64,000 nt of DNA. Origin: Trueperaceae bacterium (lineage in GTDB: Bacteria; Deinococcota; Deinococci; Deinococcales; Trueperaceae). A program made the position numbers and the translations under genes. The notes under the pieces were generated by a model. It was not told the origin of the DNA. It saw nothing but the letters and a program-made list of their open reading frames with translations, and searched no databases. Positions 48,782-58,024 of this stretch are shown piece by piece. The first letter of the stretch is position 1, and the number at the start of each line of letters is the position of its first letter. The DNA is taken from the NCBI GenBank assembly GCA_965214405.1, contig OZ243956.1, positions 3,936,001 through 4,000,000 of the forward strand. The letters run 5' to 3'.

Positions 48782-50125
48782 ATGAATGTTGTCATCGTCG
48801 GCGGCGGCGAAATTGGGTCGCAAATTGCCGATGCCCTCCACCGCTCGCATAACATCACGATTCTCGACAGCGACGAAAGTCGCGCCCAAACATTCGACAC
48901 TATGGACGTCCGCTTTATGGTCGGCAACGGCGCGGATCCCGAGGACCTGCGGACGGCGGGCACCGCTCAGGCGCAGGCCTTTATCGCCTGCACGACCAAC
49001 GACGACGTGAACGTCTTGGCCTGCTTGGCCGCCAAGGGTTTGGGCGCGCGTGAGACGATGGCCTTTGTGACGCAGAAGCGCTACCTGCACGCCTTTTCGC
49101 CTCAGGGCGCGATGGAGGGCGTGGGGCTGGCCATCGACCGGGTGCTGTGGCCTCAGCGTACGCTCGCGCGTCAGATTGTCGATATCGTGCGGGTACCGCG
49201 GGCGTTAGACAGCGCCTCCTTTGGCGAGGGGCGCATCAAGCTGTTGGAATATAAGCTCGAGCCCCACGATCCCTTTGTCGGCAAGCCCTTGTCCGGCGTG
49301 AATTTGCCCGAGAGCGCGCTCGTGGTGGGGTCAATCCGGGGCGAGAGCTTTATCATCCCTTCGGGTAAGACGGTCTTGTGTCCGGACGACAAGGTGGTGT
49401 TTATGGGCACGACTGCAAGTATGCGCACCGTCGAATCGCGCTTTGCGCCCCGCAAGAGAACGATGAACGTCGTGATTATCGGCGGCGGCAACGTGGGCTA
49501 CATGGTGGCCGAGGGGCTTCAGGAGGTGCGCGCCAGCATCACCATCATCGAGCAGGACGAGGCGCGCTGCGAACGCTTGGCGCGGCACCTCCCCAGGGCA
49601 CTGGTCTTGCGCGGCGACGGCACCGACTTGGAGCTTTTAGAGCAAGAGCGCATCGAGGACGCGGACGTACTCATCGCCGTGACCGACGACGACGGGAAAA
49701 ACTTGCTGGTGTCGCTCCTTGGCAAACAGCTCGCCATCCCCAAGGTGATTACCCGCGTGGGCCACGCGCGCAACCGGCGCACCTTTGAGCTTGTGGGTAT
49801 CGACATCGCGCTTACGCCCCGCACCGCCGCGGTGCAAGAGGTGCTCAACTGGCTCCACTTGGACCAGGTGGACCATCTGGCCTCGATTGAAGGCCGTGCC
49901 GAGGTGATGGAAGTCACCTATCCCAAAACCTGCGAGATGGGCCGGGTGAGAGACTTGGGCGCGCCCCCGCGGAGTCTCATCGGCGCGATTTTACGGGGTC
50001 AAGAGGTTATCGTTCCCCACGGCGACACGCTCATTCGGCACGACGACCACCTCTTTATTGTGACCACGCCCGACAACGTAGACGCGGTGGAGCGGTGGCT
50101 CGAGGCCCAGCGGGTAAGCGCCTAA
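48782..50125 (+). CDS. trkA: Trk potassium uptake NAD-binding subunit
   Basis: Two RCK domains (IVGGGEIG, IIGGGNVG, GDGTD). Confidence 0.93.
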   Translation: MNVVIVGGGEIGSQIADALHRSHNITILDSDESRAQTFDTMDVRFMVGNGADPEDLRTAGTAQAQAFIACTTNDDVNVLACLAAKGLGARETMAFVTQKRYLHAFSPQGAMEGVGLAIDRVLWPQRTLARQIVDIVRVPRALDSASFGEGRIKLLEYKLEPHDPFVGKPLSGVNLPESALVVGSIRGESFIIPSGKTVLCPDDKVVFMGTTASMRTVESRFAPRKRTMNVVIIGGGNVGYMVAEGLQEVRASITIIEQDEARCERLARHLPRALVLRGDGTDLELLEQERIEDADVLIAVTDDDGKNLLVSLLGKQLAIPKVITRVGHARNRRTFELVGIDIALTPRTAAVQEVLNWLHLDQVDHLASIEGRAEVMEVTYPKTCEMGRVRDLGAPPRSLIGAILRGQEVIVPHGDTLIRHDDHLFIVTTPDNVDAVERWLEAQRVSA

Positions 50126-50326
50126 ACGCTCGAGTCACCCTGAGCAAAACCGTTTCTCGGAGCTAAATTTGGGAGATAGAGAAAGGAGAACGGGACGGAC
50201 GCCTTCTGTTCTCTTTTAACCTTTTCGCCACATTTTCTGTACCTCTTGGCAGCGCGTGCAGAGGGTGAGTTTCTGAAACGCCTCGAGTGATTTGTATACG
50301 CAAGTTCATACGATAAGATAAGCCCC

Positions 50327-51787
50327 GTGCGCGGTCGCTTTGCTCCTTATATTGTCGGCGTCGGTCTGGCGGGTCTCTCGCTCGTCATGCTTCTCTTTCT
50401 CGTCTACGCGCTGGCGCTCCGCGAGCCGTGGGCGGGCTTCGGCGTGACCGCGCTCGCGGCGGCGGTGGTGGGCGGTACCCTGATGCGCCTCGGCAAGGGC
50501 GACGCGGACCCTACCCGCCGGGAGGCGCTCGTCGGCGTGCTCTTGCTGTGGCTCTTTATCCCGCTTTTTGGCGGCTTGCCCTTTGTGGTGTCGGGCGGCT
50601 TCACGCCGCTTAACGCAGCGTTCGAGTCGATGAGCGGCTTTACCACCACGGGCGCGACGGTGCTGGGCGACTTCTCGAGCTTTTCCAAAAGCCTCTTCAT
50701 GTGGCGCGCGCTCACGCAGTGGTTTGGCGGCGTCGGCATCATCGTCTTGTTTATCGCCGTGTTCCCGAGCCTCGCCATCGCCGGGCGGCAGCTCTTTTTT
50801 GCCGAGGCGCCCGGCCCCACCGAGGACAAACTCACCCCGCGGCTGCGCAATACGTCCAACGCGGTGCTGCTCGTCTACGTGGGGCTAACTATCCTCTGCG
50901 CGCTCGCTTACGCCTTAGCGGGGATGTCTTTATACGACGCGGTCGCGCACGCCTTCACCACGCTCGCGGCGGGCGGTTTTTCTCCCAACGGGCTCTCGTT
51001 CGAGGGCTTTGGCAGCCCCGCGCTGGACTGGGTCGCGGTTGTGTTTATGCTCTTCGCGGGGGCCAACTTCGCTTTGCAGTACCGCGCCGTGACCGGCAGA
51101 CCCGGCGCGCTCTTTCGTGACGCCGAATTCCGCGCCTACATCATGATTAGCCTCGTCGCCACCGTTTTGCTCACCCTCGCGCTGGGCGGGGTTTACGCCT
51201 CCCCCGTCGAGGCGACGCGCCACGGGGCCTTTCAGGTGCTCTCGATTCTCACCACAACAGGTTACGCCTCCGCGGACTTCGCGCTGTGGCCCGAGCGGGC
51301 GCAGATGGTGCTGTTGCTGCTGATGTTTATCGGCGGTTCCGCAGGGAGCGCGGCGGGGGGCGTCAAGGTGGTGCGCTGGCTCATGATTGGCAAAAACACC
51401 GCCAGGGAGGTGCGCCGCGCGCTCCACCCCAGGGCGGTCTTGCCCGTGCGCGTCGGCTCCCGCGTCGTGCCCGAGGAGGTGCTGCGCGCCGTGGCCGCCT
51501 TTATCACCCTCTATATCGGCCTGTTCGCCCTGTCCACCGCCGTGCTCGTGGGCCTGGGCGCGGACTTTGTCGCCGCCTTTACCGCCTCGATTGCCTGCAT
51601 CGGCAACATCGGGCCGGGTTTGGCCTCGGTGGGGCCAATGCTCAACTTCGCCGACCTGCACCCCCTAAGCCGCGCGCTGCTGACCTTTGACATGTACGCA
51701 GGGCGTTTGGAGGTCGTCACCGTCTTCATCATCTTCAACGCCGACTTCTGGCGTTTGCCGCGCGCGAAGTCGTTACGGAACGTTTAA
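50327..51787 (+). CDS. trkH: Trk potassium uptake membrane subunit
   Basis: FESMSGFTTTG, QWFGGVG, TTTGY, GNIGPG, GRLE. Confidence 0.95.
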   Translation: MRGRFAPYIVGVGLAGLSLVMLLFLVYALALREPWAGFGVTALAAAVVGGTLMRLGKGDADPTRREALVGVLLLWLFIPLFGGLPFVVSGGFTPLNAAFESMSGFTTTGATVLGDFSSFSKSLFMWRALTQWFGGVGIIVLFIAVFPSLAIAGRQLFFAEAPGPTEDKLTPRLRNTSNAVLLVYVGLTILCALAYALAGMSLYDAVAHAFTTLAAGGFSPNGLSFEGFGSPALDWVAVVFMLFAGANFALQYRAVTGRPGALFRDAEFRAYIMISLVATVLLTLALGGVYASPVEATRHGAFQVLSILTTTGYASADFALWPERAQMVLLLLMFIGGSAGSAAGGVKVVRWLMIGKNTAREVRRALHPRAVLPVRVGSRVVPEEVLRAVAAFITLYIGLFALSTAVLVGLGADFVAAFTASIACIGNIGPGLASVGPMLNFADLHPLSRALLTFDMYAGRLEVVTVFIIFNADFWRLPRAKSLRNV

Positions 51788-51986
51788 CGCGTCTTAGCTT
51801 GTCGGTTGAAGTTTTGAACGTCACGCTTGCATATGGGTGCGGCTCGAGCCACGCAGAAAATCCGTCCCGTCCTTGAAACTCCACCAAGTGTTTAGTAACC
51901 GTGCCCTAACTCGCAACTTCTACGTAAAACACACATCCGAAAAACGTTTGGGAGTATACAAGGAAGGGCGGCATTCGGAGGTTTTC

Positions 51987-52961
51987 TTGATTCCCAAACG
52001 TAACAGCACGCTGCTCGAGCGCCACCCCGACAATCCCATTCTGAGCGCCGAGGCGTGGCCCTACCCGGTCAACAGCATCCTCAACGCGGGCGCGACGAAG
52101 CTTCAGGACGGCACCACGCTGCTCTTGTGCCGCGTGGAGGATTTACGCGGCTTGTCCCACCTCTGCGCCGCGCGCTCCCAAAACGGCGTCGATGACTGGC
52201 AGATTGACTCCCAGCCGACGCTGCTACCCGACCCCGACCGTCAAGAGGAGGAGTGGGGCCTCGAGGACCCGCGCATCACCTACTTGCCTGAGGAGGGGCG
52301 TTACGCCGTGCTCTACACCGCCTACTCCCGCAACGGCCCCGCCGTAGCGCTCGCGCTGACCGATGATTTTAAGCGTTTCGAGCGCTACGGCGTCATCTTT
52401 TCTCCCGAAGACAAAGACGCCGCGCTCTTGCCGCGCCGCTTTGAGGAGGGGTGGGCGGCGATTCACCGGCCCGTCACCGAGCGCAGCGCGAACATCTACA
52501 TGAGTTTTTCGGAGAACCTGCGCGGTTGGGGTCAGAGCCGCTGTATTTTAGAAGCGCGCCGCGGCCCCTGGTGGGACGCCAACCGCATCGGGCTCTCGCC
52601 GCCCCCCATCGAAACGTCCGAGGGCTGGCTCATGATCTACCACGGCGTCAAAGTGACGGGCTCAGGAAGAATCTACCGCAACGGGCTGGCGCTCTTTGAT
52701 TTGGAGCATCCCGACCGCTGCACGTTACGCTCCGATGCCTGGTTTTTTGGGCCGCTCGAGCCTTACGAACGCTTAGGCGACGTGGACAACGTCGTATTCC
52801 CCTGCGGCACTACCCTAGGCAACGACGGCGATACGCTGCGCATCTACTACGGCGCGGCGGACACTTGCGTCGGGCTGGCAACGGGAAGCGTCAAAGCCCT
52901 GCTGGCGTGGCTCCACGAAAACGGTCGCCCGCCCGCCGCCATCCCTGCGGGGGATGATTGA
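51987..52961 (+). CDS. GH130-like glycosidase/phosphorylase
   Basis: NPIL, EDPRI, YTAYS, DKDA, YHGV, NVVFPCG, YYGAADT; GGAGG before TTG 51987. Confidence 0.88.
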   Translation: MIPKRNSTLLERHPDNPILSAEAWPYPVNSILNAGATKLQDGTTLLLCRVEDLRGLSHLCAARSQNGVDDWQIDSQPTLLPDPDRQEEEWGLEDPRITYLPEEGRYAVLYTAYSRNGPAVALALTDDFKRFERYGVIFSPEDKDAALLPRRFEEGWAAIHRPVTERSANIYMSFSENLRGWGQSRCILEARRGPWWDANRIGLSPPPIETSEGWLMIYHGVKVTGSGRIYRNGLALFDLEHPDRCTLRSDAWFFGPLEPYERLGDVDNVVFPCGTTLGNDGDTLRIYYGAADTCVGLATGSVKALLAWLHENGRPPAAIPAGDD

Positions 52962-53145
52962 GGGAGACGTAACGCAAGACTGCGGCGTCAAAAGCGAAGG
53001 CTAAAGGTTGCTCAGTGGCGGCTCATCGTCGGACTGGCGCTCGAGACGTCAAAGGCCGGAGTAAAAGCTCCGGCCTTTTCACATAAGTTTTTACACAGCT
53101 TCACGTGCGTGTTAGTGACGTCTCTAGAATCGACTATCGGTGCGC

Positions 53146-53817
53146 CTAGAGCCCCTTGAGCCTTTCATAAGCCGCCTCGGCGCGCTGACGCACCACGCCT
53201 GAGTTGGAGCGCCCGCCCATCATCATGTGCATCTCCATGTGCTTGTCTACGTCGCCGAAAATGCTGTTTAACACCTCGACCTCTTCGCGTGACCGTAGCG
53301 AGGCGTCGTCGCGGAACATGGTGGTGTAGGCGTACTCGAACTGGCGGTCGCTGATGGCCCCCGAGAGGTACTGCTCGAGCACGTTTTTGTAGGGCGTGAG
53401 GTCGCTCTTGGCGCTCCCGGCACCGTTTGCGCTCGAGCCCGCCCCATCACCCGTACTCGCGCCGTTACCTGGGGTGGGCGGAACCATTGCGAAACCCTGC
53501 TCGAGCGTCTCCGGAGTAATATCCCAGTTGTCCGCGTCAAAGACCGCCTCGCCGTCTCTAAACAAAATTACCTGGGGCGACTGGTGCGTGATGCCCGTTT
53601 TCTGGGCCAAAAGGTTGCTCGCGGGCCGCGCTTCGACCACCCGGACAAGTCCCACCATCAGGTCCTCGCGGTTTTGCAGCTCTTCTTGCAAAAAGCCAAA
53701 GCCCTGCATCGTTTTGTGGCAGGTGCCCGCCTTGAAAATCACGCTGGTCGGGTACTCCTTGAGAAAACCCTCGACAGCGTCCTCGCTCGTTAGGTTAAAA
53801 ACTCGGTCTCTAAACAT
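53146..53817 (-). CDS. brxC: BrxC/YtxJ monothiol bacilliredoxin with extra C-terminal helical domain
   Basis: IFK..TC, RPASN, GITHQSPQ. Confidence 0.75.
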   Translation of the reverse strand: MFRDRVFNLTSEDAVEGFLKEYPTSVIFKAGTCHKTMQGFGFLQEELQNREDLMVGLVRVVEARPASNLLAQKTGITHQSPQVILFRDGEAVFDADNWDITPETLEQGFAMVPPTPGNGASTGDGAGSSANGAGSAKSDLTPYKNVLEQYLSGAISDRQFEYAYTTMFRDDASLRSREEVEVLNSIFGDVDKHMEMHMMMGGRSNSGVVRQRAEAAYERLKGL

Positions 53818-53909
53818 ATGTTCCTCCTCTTACCCTTTTCATTCTAAGAATCCCCCCGGCCTTTGCATGTTGTGTGCGCGCCCCCCTGCCAAACGCGCTT
53901 GTGCTGACT

Positions 53910-54479
53910 TCATGTCTGGCGCGGCCACTGGTTCGCCCGCTCCTTCTCCTGAGCGAGCTTAGCGGTCTCTTCGATACGTTTCTTTCTCGTCGCGTCACGC
54001 TTGGCGTTAAAAATCCACTCGAGGATGCCCCGCTGCGCCGAGGGCGGAAAGGCCCTAAAGTTCGCCTTGGCAGCGTCAAACTTAGCGAACGCCACCTCTA
54101 AGTCTTCGGGTATCACCAACGCCTCGACGTCATCCAGCGCGTCCCAGCTCCCGTTCTCCTTGGCGGTTTCGACCACTCTCTTGCCCGCCTCTGTGAGCAG
54201 GCCCGCGACCTCGAGCTTTTCAATGCGCCTTTTGTTGAGGGCGGACCAGTTGCTGTTGGGGCGACGCGGCGCGAGGTAGAGTTTGGTCTTTTCGTCGTCC
54301 ACCTTGCCCGGCTTCGAGTCTACCCAGCCAAAGCAGAGGGCTTCCTCGGCAATGTCATCGTAGGACAGCGTGCGTTTTTCGCCCTTGTAGAAGACCACCC
54401 AGACGCCCTCGTCCTCTTGATGATGCGCAGCCAGCCAGCGGCGCAGCGCGGCCCGGTCTTCTGCAAACATGTCTCGCAT
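53910..54479 (-). CDS. YdeI/OmpD-associated family protein
   Basis: EEALCFGWVD, PRR..SNWS.LN, AKR..TR.KRI. Confidence 0.9.
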   Translation of the reverse strand: MRDMFAEDRAALRRWLAAHHQEDEGVWVVFYKGEKRTLSYDDIAEEALCFGWVDSKPGKVDDEKTKLYLAPRRPNSNWSALNKRRIEKLEVAGLLTEAGKRVVETAKENGSWDALDDVEALVIPEDLEVAFAKFDAAKANFRAFPPSAQRGILEWIFNAKRDATRKKRIEETAKLAQEKERANQWPRQT

Positions 54480-54662
54480 GGCCTTAGGGTACTATGTATG
54501 GGCTGTGGGCGTAAGTAAACATGTGTGGATTGCGCGTCCGGAAAGGCTTCTACCGCGTCTACACGGCATTTTTCTGTGCAGACGTTGAGCTTTATACTTC
54601 ACAGGGGAGTTGGGCTCGAGCCCTTTCAAGAGGCCAAAAAAGCCGTTAAGCAGTCTAAAGAC

Positions 54663-54692
54663 TTGACAGCCTCCGCAAGGCTTCCATATACT
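54663..54692 (+). promoter_or_regulatory. Sigma70 promoter of tRNA operon
   Basis: TTGACA-18 bp-TATACT. Confidence 0.85.
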
Positions 54693-54738
54693 GCTAAAGC
54701 TGTACGGGAGCGCTCAAACTTTTGGCGCTCGACTCAGC

Positions 54739-54814
<76 letters not shown>

Positions 54815-54815
54815 A

Positions 54816-54890
54816 GGCCCCTTCGACTAGCGGTTAGGTCACAACCCTTTCAAGGTTGCGGCACGAGTTCGAATCTCGTAGGGGTCACCA
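54816..54890 (+). tRNA. tRNA-Glu(TTC)
   Basis: GGCCCCT/AGGGGTC stem, anticodon TTC, CCA. Confidence 0.98.
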
Positions 54891-54934
54891 TCAGAGGTAT
54901 CATCTGTGACTTATAGATGATACCTCATAAACTT

Positions 54935-55009
54935 GGGCGATTAGCTCAGCGGAAGAGCGTCCGCTTTACACGCGGAGGGTCGGCGGTTCGAATCCGTCAT
55001 CGCCCACCA
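54935..55009 (+). tRNA. tRNA-Val(TAC)
   Basis: GGGCGAT/ATCGCCC stem, anticodon TAC, CCA. Confidence 0.98.
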
Positions 55010-55019
55010 TAAGACGTAA

Positions 55020-55051
55020 GGGAAGTCGCGCTCGGGTGGCTTCCTTTTTTT
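55020..55051 (+). terminator. Intrinsic terminator of tRNA operon
   Basis: GGAAGTCGC..GTGGCTTCC hairpin followed by T-run. Confidence 0.85.
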
Positions 55052-55105
55052 ACGACGCAAAGCGAACCGCTCATATTTTCGTCTGTAATACCATTCGTTG
55101 GGGCC

Positions 55106-55891
55106 ATGATAAATTCTTCTATACCCAAAGCCCATATCCAGAGCGAACTCGAGCGCCTCGAGCATTCAGAGGGAGTACGCATCCTCTACGCCGTCGAGTC
55201 CGGCTCCCGCGCCTGGGGCTTCCCCTCACGCGACAGCGACTACGACGTGCGCTTCATCTACCTGCGCCCGCTCGACTGGTACTTGTCGGTTGACACCCGG
55301 CGCGACGTCATCGAACACACGCTCGAGCCCTTAGACCTGAGCGGCTGGGACTTGCCCAAGACGCTCGCCTTGTTCCGCAAGTCCAACCCGCCCCTGCTGG
55401 AGTGGCTACACTCGCCCATCGTTTACAAAGAAGACGCGCGCTTTACGGAGAGGCTAAGGGCACTCCTCCCCGACTACTACTCCCCCCGCACCTGCATGTA
55501 CCACTACCTGCACATGGCGGGCGGGAACATGCGGGAGTATCTCAAGGGTGAGCGCGTCTGGACCAAGAAATACTTCTACGTGCTTAGGCCGCTTCTCGCT
55601 TGCAAGTGGATCGAAGCGGGGCGGGGCGTGGTGCCGATGGCCTTTCCTGTGCTCGTCGAGGCGATGGTGGAGGACCCTGCGCTAAGAGCGGCCATTACAG
55701 ATTTGCTCGAGCGTAAGCGTGAGGGTGAGGAGCTAGACGAGGGGCCGCGGGTCGGGGTCATCAGCGACTTTATCGAAAGGGAGTACGAGAGGCTGGACGC
55801 TAAGCTGGCGGACGCGCCGCGGGGGGACTTGTCGTTTGAGCCGCTGAACGAACTCTTCAGAAATATTTTGCGCGAGGTCTGGAAGGGCTAA
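55106..55891 (+). CDS. Pol-beta-like nucleotidyltransferase (YcgL/RlaP-like)
   Basis: ESGSRAWGFPSRDSDYDVRF, KSNP, KKYFYVLRP. Confidence 0.9.
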   Translation: MINSSIPKAHIQSELERLEHSEGVRILYAVESGSRAWGFPSRDSDYDVRFIYLRPLDWYLSVDTRRDVIEHTLEPLDLSGWDLPKTLALFRKSNPPLLEWLHSPIVYKEDARFTERLRALLPDYYSPRTCMYHYLHMAGGNMREYLKGERVWTKKYFYVLRPLLACKWIEAGRGVVPMAFPVLVEAMVEDPALRAAITDLLERKREGEELDEGPRVGVISDFIEREYERLDAKLADAPRGDLSFEPLNELFRNILREVWKG

Positions 55892-55946
55892 AGGTAATCA
55901 ATTAGCAAATGCTCGAGCCCTCTCACCACCCAACCCCACACGTGAA

Positions 55947-56906
55947 TTAGCGGGTGTTCTGCCCCACCACCTCGAGCGCCCGCTCCGCCACCCTTCGGAA
56001 CGCCTGGACGAGTTCGGGGGGCTCATGTACCTTGAGTGAGCAGCCCACATGCAGGAGTAAGACCGCAAACTCTTCTAAGTCCGTCACGCCGCAGCGCAGC
56101 AGGGTTCCTTGTCCGTCGGGCTCGAGGACGGCCTTGCCCCGCGGGACGCGCTTCTCCAACACTCCCGGCGGCAGCGCCAACCACACCGCCACGCGCCACG
56201 GCTGGGGCGCAAACGCGATGCTGCTATACACAAAGGCGCGAAGGTCGAAGTCCGGAGGCCGCTCGAACGTTTCAGAAAGGCGGTCAACCGCCTTGATACG
56301 GTCTACCCGGAAGAGTCGCTGGCTCTCGCACAGCAAACAGCCGCCCGCCAAGAACCACCGCCCCTCGTGCTGCATGAGGCCGAACGGCTCGACCTCGCGC
56401 GTGCTCAGCGCGCCGCCGCGCGCCTCGTAACGGAGCGCGACGCGGCGGCGCTCATAAACGGCGGTCGCAAGCTCCGTGAGGACGCCCGCGTCCGCGTCTA
56501 CAATCCAGCGGGGCCGCTCGAGCTCTAAAGCCGCGCGTAGCGCCCTGGTCCGCTCGCTCACCGCGACGGGCAAGACGCGCCCCAGCTTGGCCTTTGCCCC
56601 GGCGGTGGCGGGCGCAATCTCGCCCAGGCCGAGGTAGGTCAGCGCGTCTAAGCCGAGCACGAGCGCGAAGGCTTCCTCGGTGCCAAACATCATCGGTGGG
56701 AGCCGGAAACCCGGCCTGAGACGGTAGAATCCCCCCGGACCCCGCACCGAAGTCACGGGCACGCCGAGGTCCTGGAGCCGCGCGACGTAGCGCTGCACGG
56801 TGCGGACGCTCACTTCCAGGCGCGCCGCCAAATCAGCGCCCGACATGCGCTCTCGAGCCTGCAAAAGTTCCAACACGGTGAGTACGCGCATCGAGGGGTC
56901 GTACAT
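55947..56906 (-). CDS. YafY-like HTH-WYL transcriptional regulator
   Basis: LAARLEVSVRTVQRY, GGFYRL, LPPMMF, REVEP, WFL, FRVDRI. Confidence 0.93.
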   Translation of the reverse strand: MYDPSMRVLTVLELLQARERMSGADLAARLEVSVRTVQRYVARLQDLGVPVTSVRGPGGFYRLRPGFRLPPMMFGTEEAFALVLGLDALTYLGLGEIAPATAGAKAKLGRVLPVAVSERTRALRAALELERPRWIVDADAGVLTELATAVYERRRVALRYEARGGALSTREVEPFGLMQHEGRWFLAGGCLLCESQRLFRVDRIKAVDRLSETFERPPDFDLRAFVYSSIAFAPQPWRVAVWLALPPGVLEKRVPRGKAVLEPDGQGTLLRCGVTDLEEFAVLLLHVGCSLKVHEPPELVQAFRRVAERALEVVGQNTR

Positions 56907-57003
56907 ACCCACAAGCATGTCACAAAAAACCGTCAAGCCCTGACGGGAATAGACTTTACACTTTAAGGGAGTCACAAGCACAGGAAATTCCAGGAGGGTG
57001 TGA

Positions 57004-57513
57004 ATGAATACAGCGACAAACAAAACGAACGGCGCAGCGAACATCTTTTTAACTCCGGAGGCGCTGCTCGAGCACTGGCAGGGCCACCGCCGCCTGACGC
57101 GCCGCACCATCGAAGCGTTTCCCGAAGACGGGCTCTTCAGCTTTTCCGCCGACGCGATGCGCCCTTTTGGGGCGATGGTCTTGGAGGTCGTCTGGATGGT
57201 GGAGCCGACGCTGCAAGGCCTGCTGAGTGGAGGCTGGGAGATGCCGGACTGGTCGGAGAGACAAAAGCAAGCCCCGCCCAGCAAAAACGAACTACTCGAG
57301 CTGTGGGATGAGACGGATAACTATGTGCTCGAGACGTGGCCGCGCATCCCCGAAGCGCGTCTTCACGCGGTCGAGGCGGCCTTTGGGCTGCCGCCGCAAC
57401 CGAACTACAACCTGGTGCTCTACCTTATCGACAACGAGGTGCATCACCGGGCACAGGGATTTGTCTACCTGAGGCTTTTGGGCCTCGAGCCGCCCGCGTT
57501 TTGGGAGCGGTGA
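57004..57513 (+). CDS. DinB-family protein
   Basis: WQGHRRLTRR, DNEVHHRAQ, PPAFWER; divergent from WYL regulator. Confidence 0.88.
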   Translation: MNTATNKTNGAANIFLTPEALLEHWQGHRRLTRRTIEAFPEDGLFSFSADAMRPFGAMVLEVVWMVEPTLQGLLSGGWEMPDWSERQKQAPPSKNELLELWDETDNYVLETWPRIPEARLHAVEAAFGLPPQPNYNLVLYLIDNEVHHRAQGFVYLRLLGLEPPAFWER

Positions 57514-57637
57514 TGGTCTGGTTGGTGTTCTTTGATAAAGCAGTCGACGGCTTTATAGTCCGCACTCGAGCCTTCTCCTAATTAAATAGTTGACACGACC
57601 TAGTTAACTCGTATATGCTTCTACTCAGGAGGCATCT

Positions 57638-58024
57638 ATGGGAAGACCCTCGCATCCAGGACCCACCGAACGTGAACTCTTGCTCCTCAAACTCTTGTGG
57701 GAGCACGGCCCGGCCACCGTCCGCGAGCTTAGAAAGCGTTTTCCTCACCTGCCCAAGCCCGCCTACACCTCGTTGCAGACCAACTTGCAAGGGATGTTTG
57801 ACAAGGGCTACCTCTCGAGGGTCAGCGAGGGCAAGGCGCACCTCTACAAGGCCGAAAGGAGCCGCGAGGAGGTCGAGCGCGAGGTCATCGACGACGTGCT
57901 GGGGCGCGTGTTCGACGGCTCAGCCCTGCGCCTCGTCTCGACCGCGCTGACGAGCGAGGGCGTCACGCCCGAAGAGCTTGAGAAGCTTCAGACGCTTATT
58001 GACTCGAGGGAGCCGCGTGAATAA
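57638..58024 (+). CDS. BlaI/MecI/CopY repressor
   Basis: ERE..LW..GPATV, AYTS, KG.L.R, F.GS. Confidence 0.92.
   Translation: MGRPSHPGPTERELLLLKLLWEHGPATVRELRKRFPHLPKPAYTSLQTNLQGMFDKGYLSRVSEGKAHLYKAERSREEVEREVIDDVLGRVFDGSALRLVSTALTSEGVTPEELEKLQTLIDSREPRE

Noticed and set aside
55010..55891. Integrative element at the tRNA-Val or tRNA-Asp 3' end
   Set aside because: No integrase and no duplicated tRNA 3' end seen in the window.
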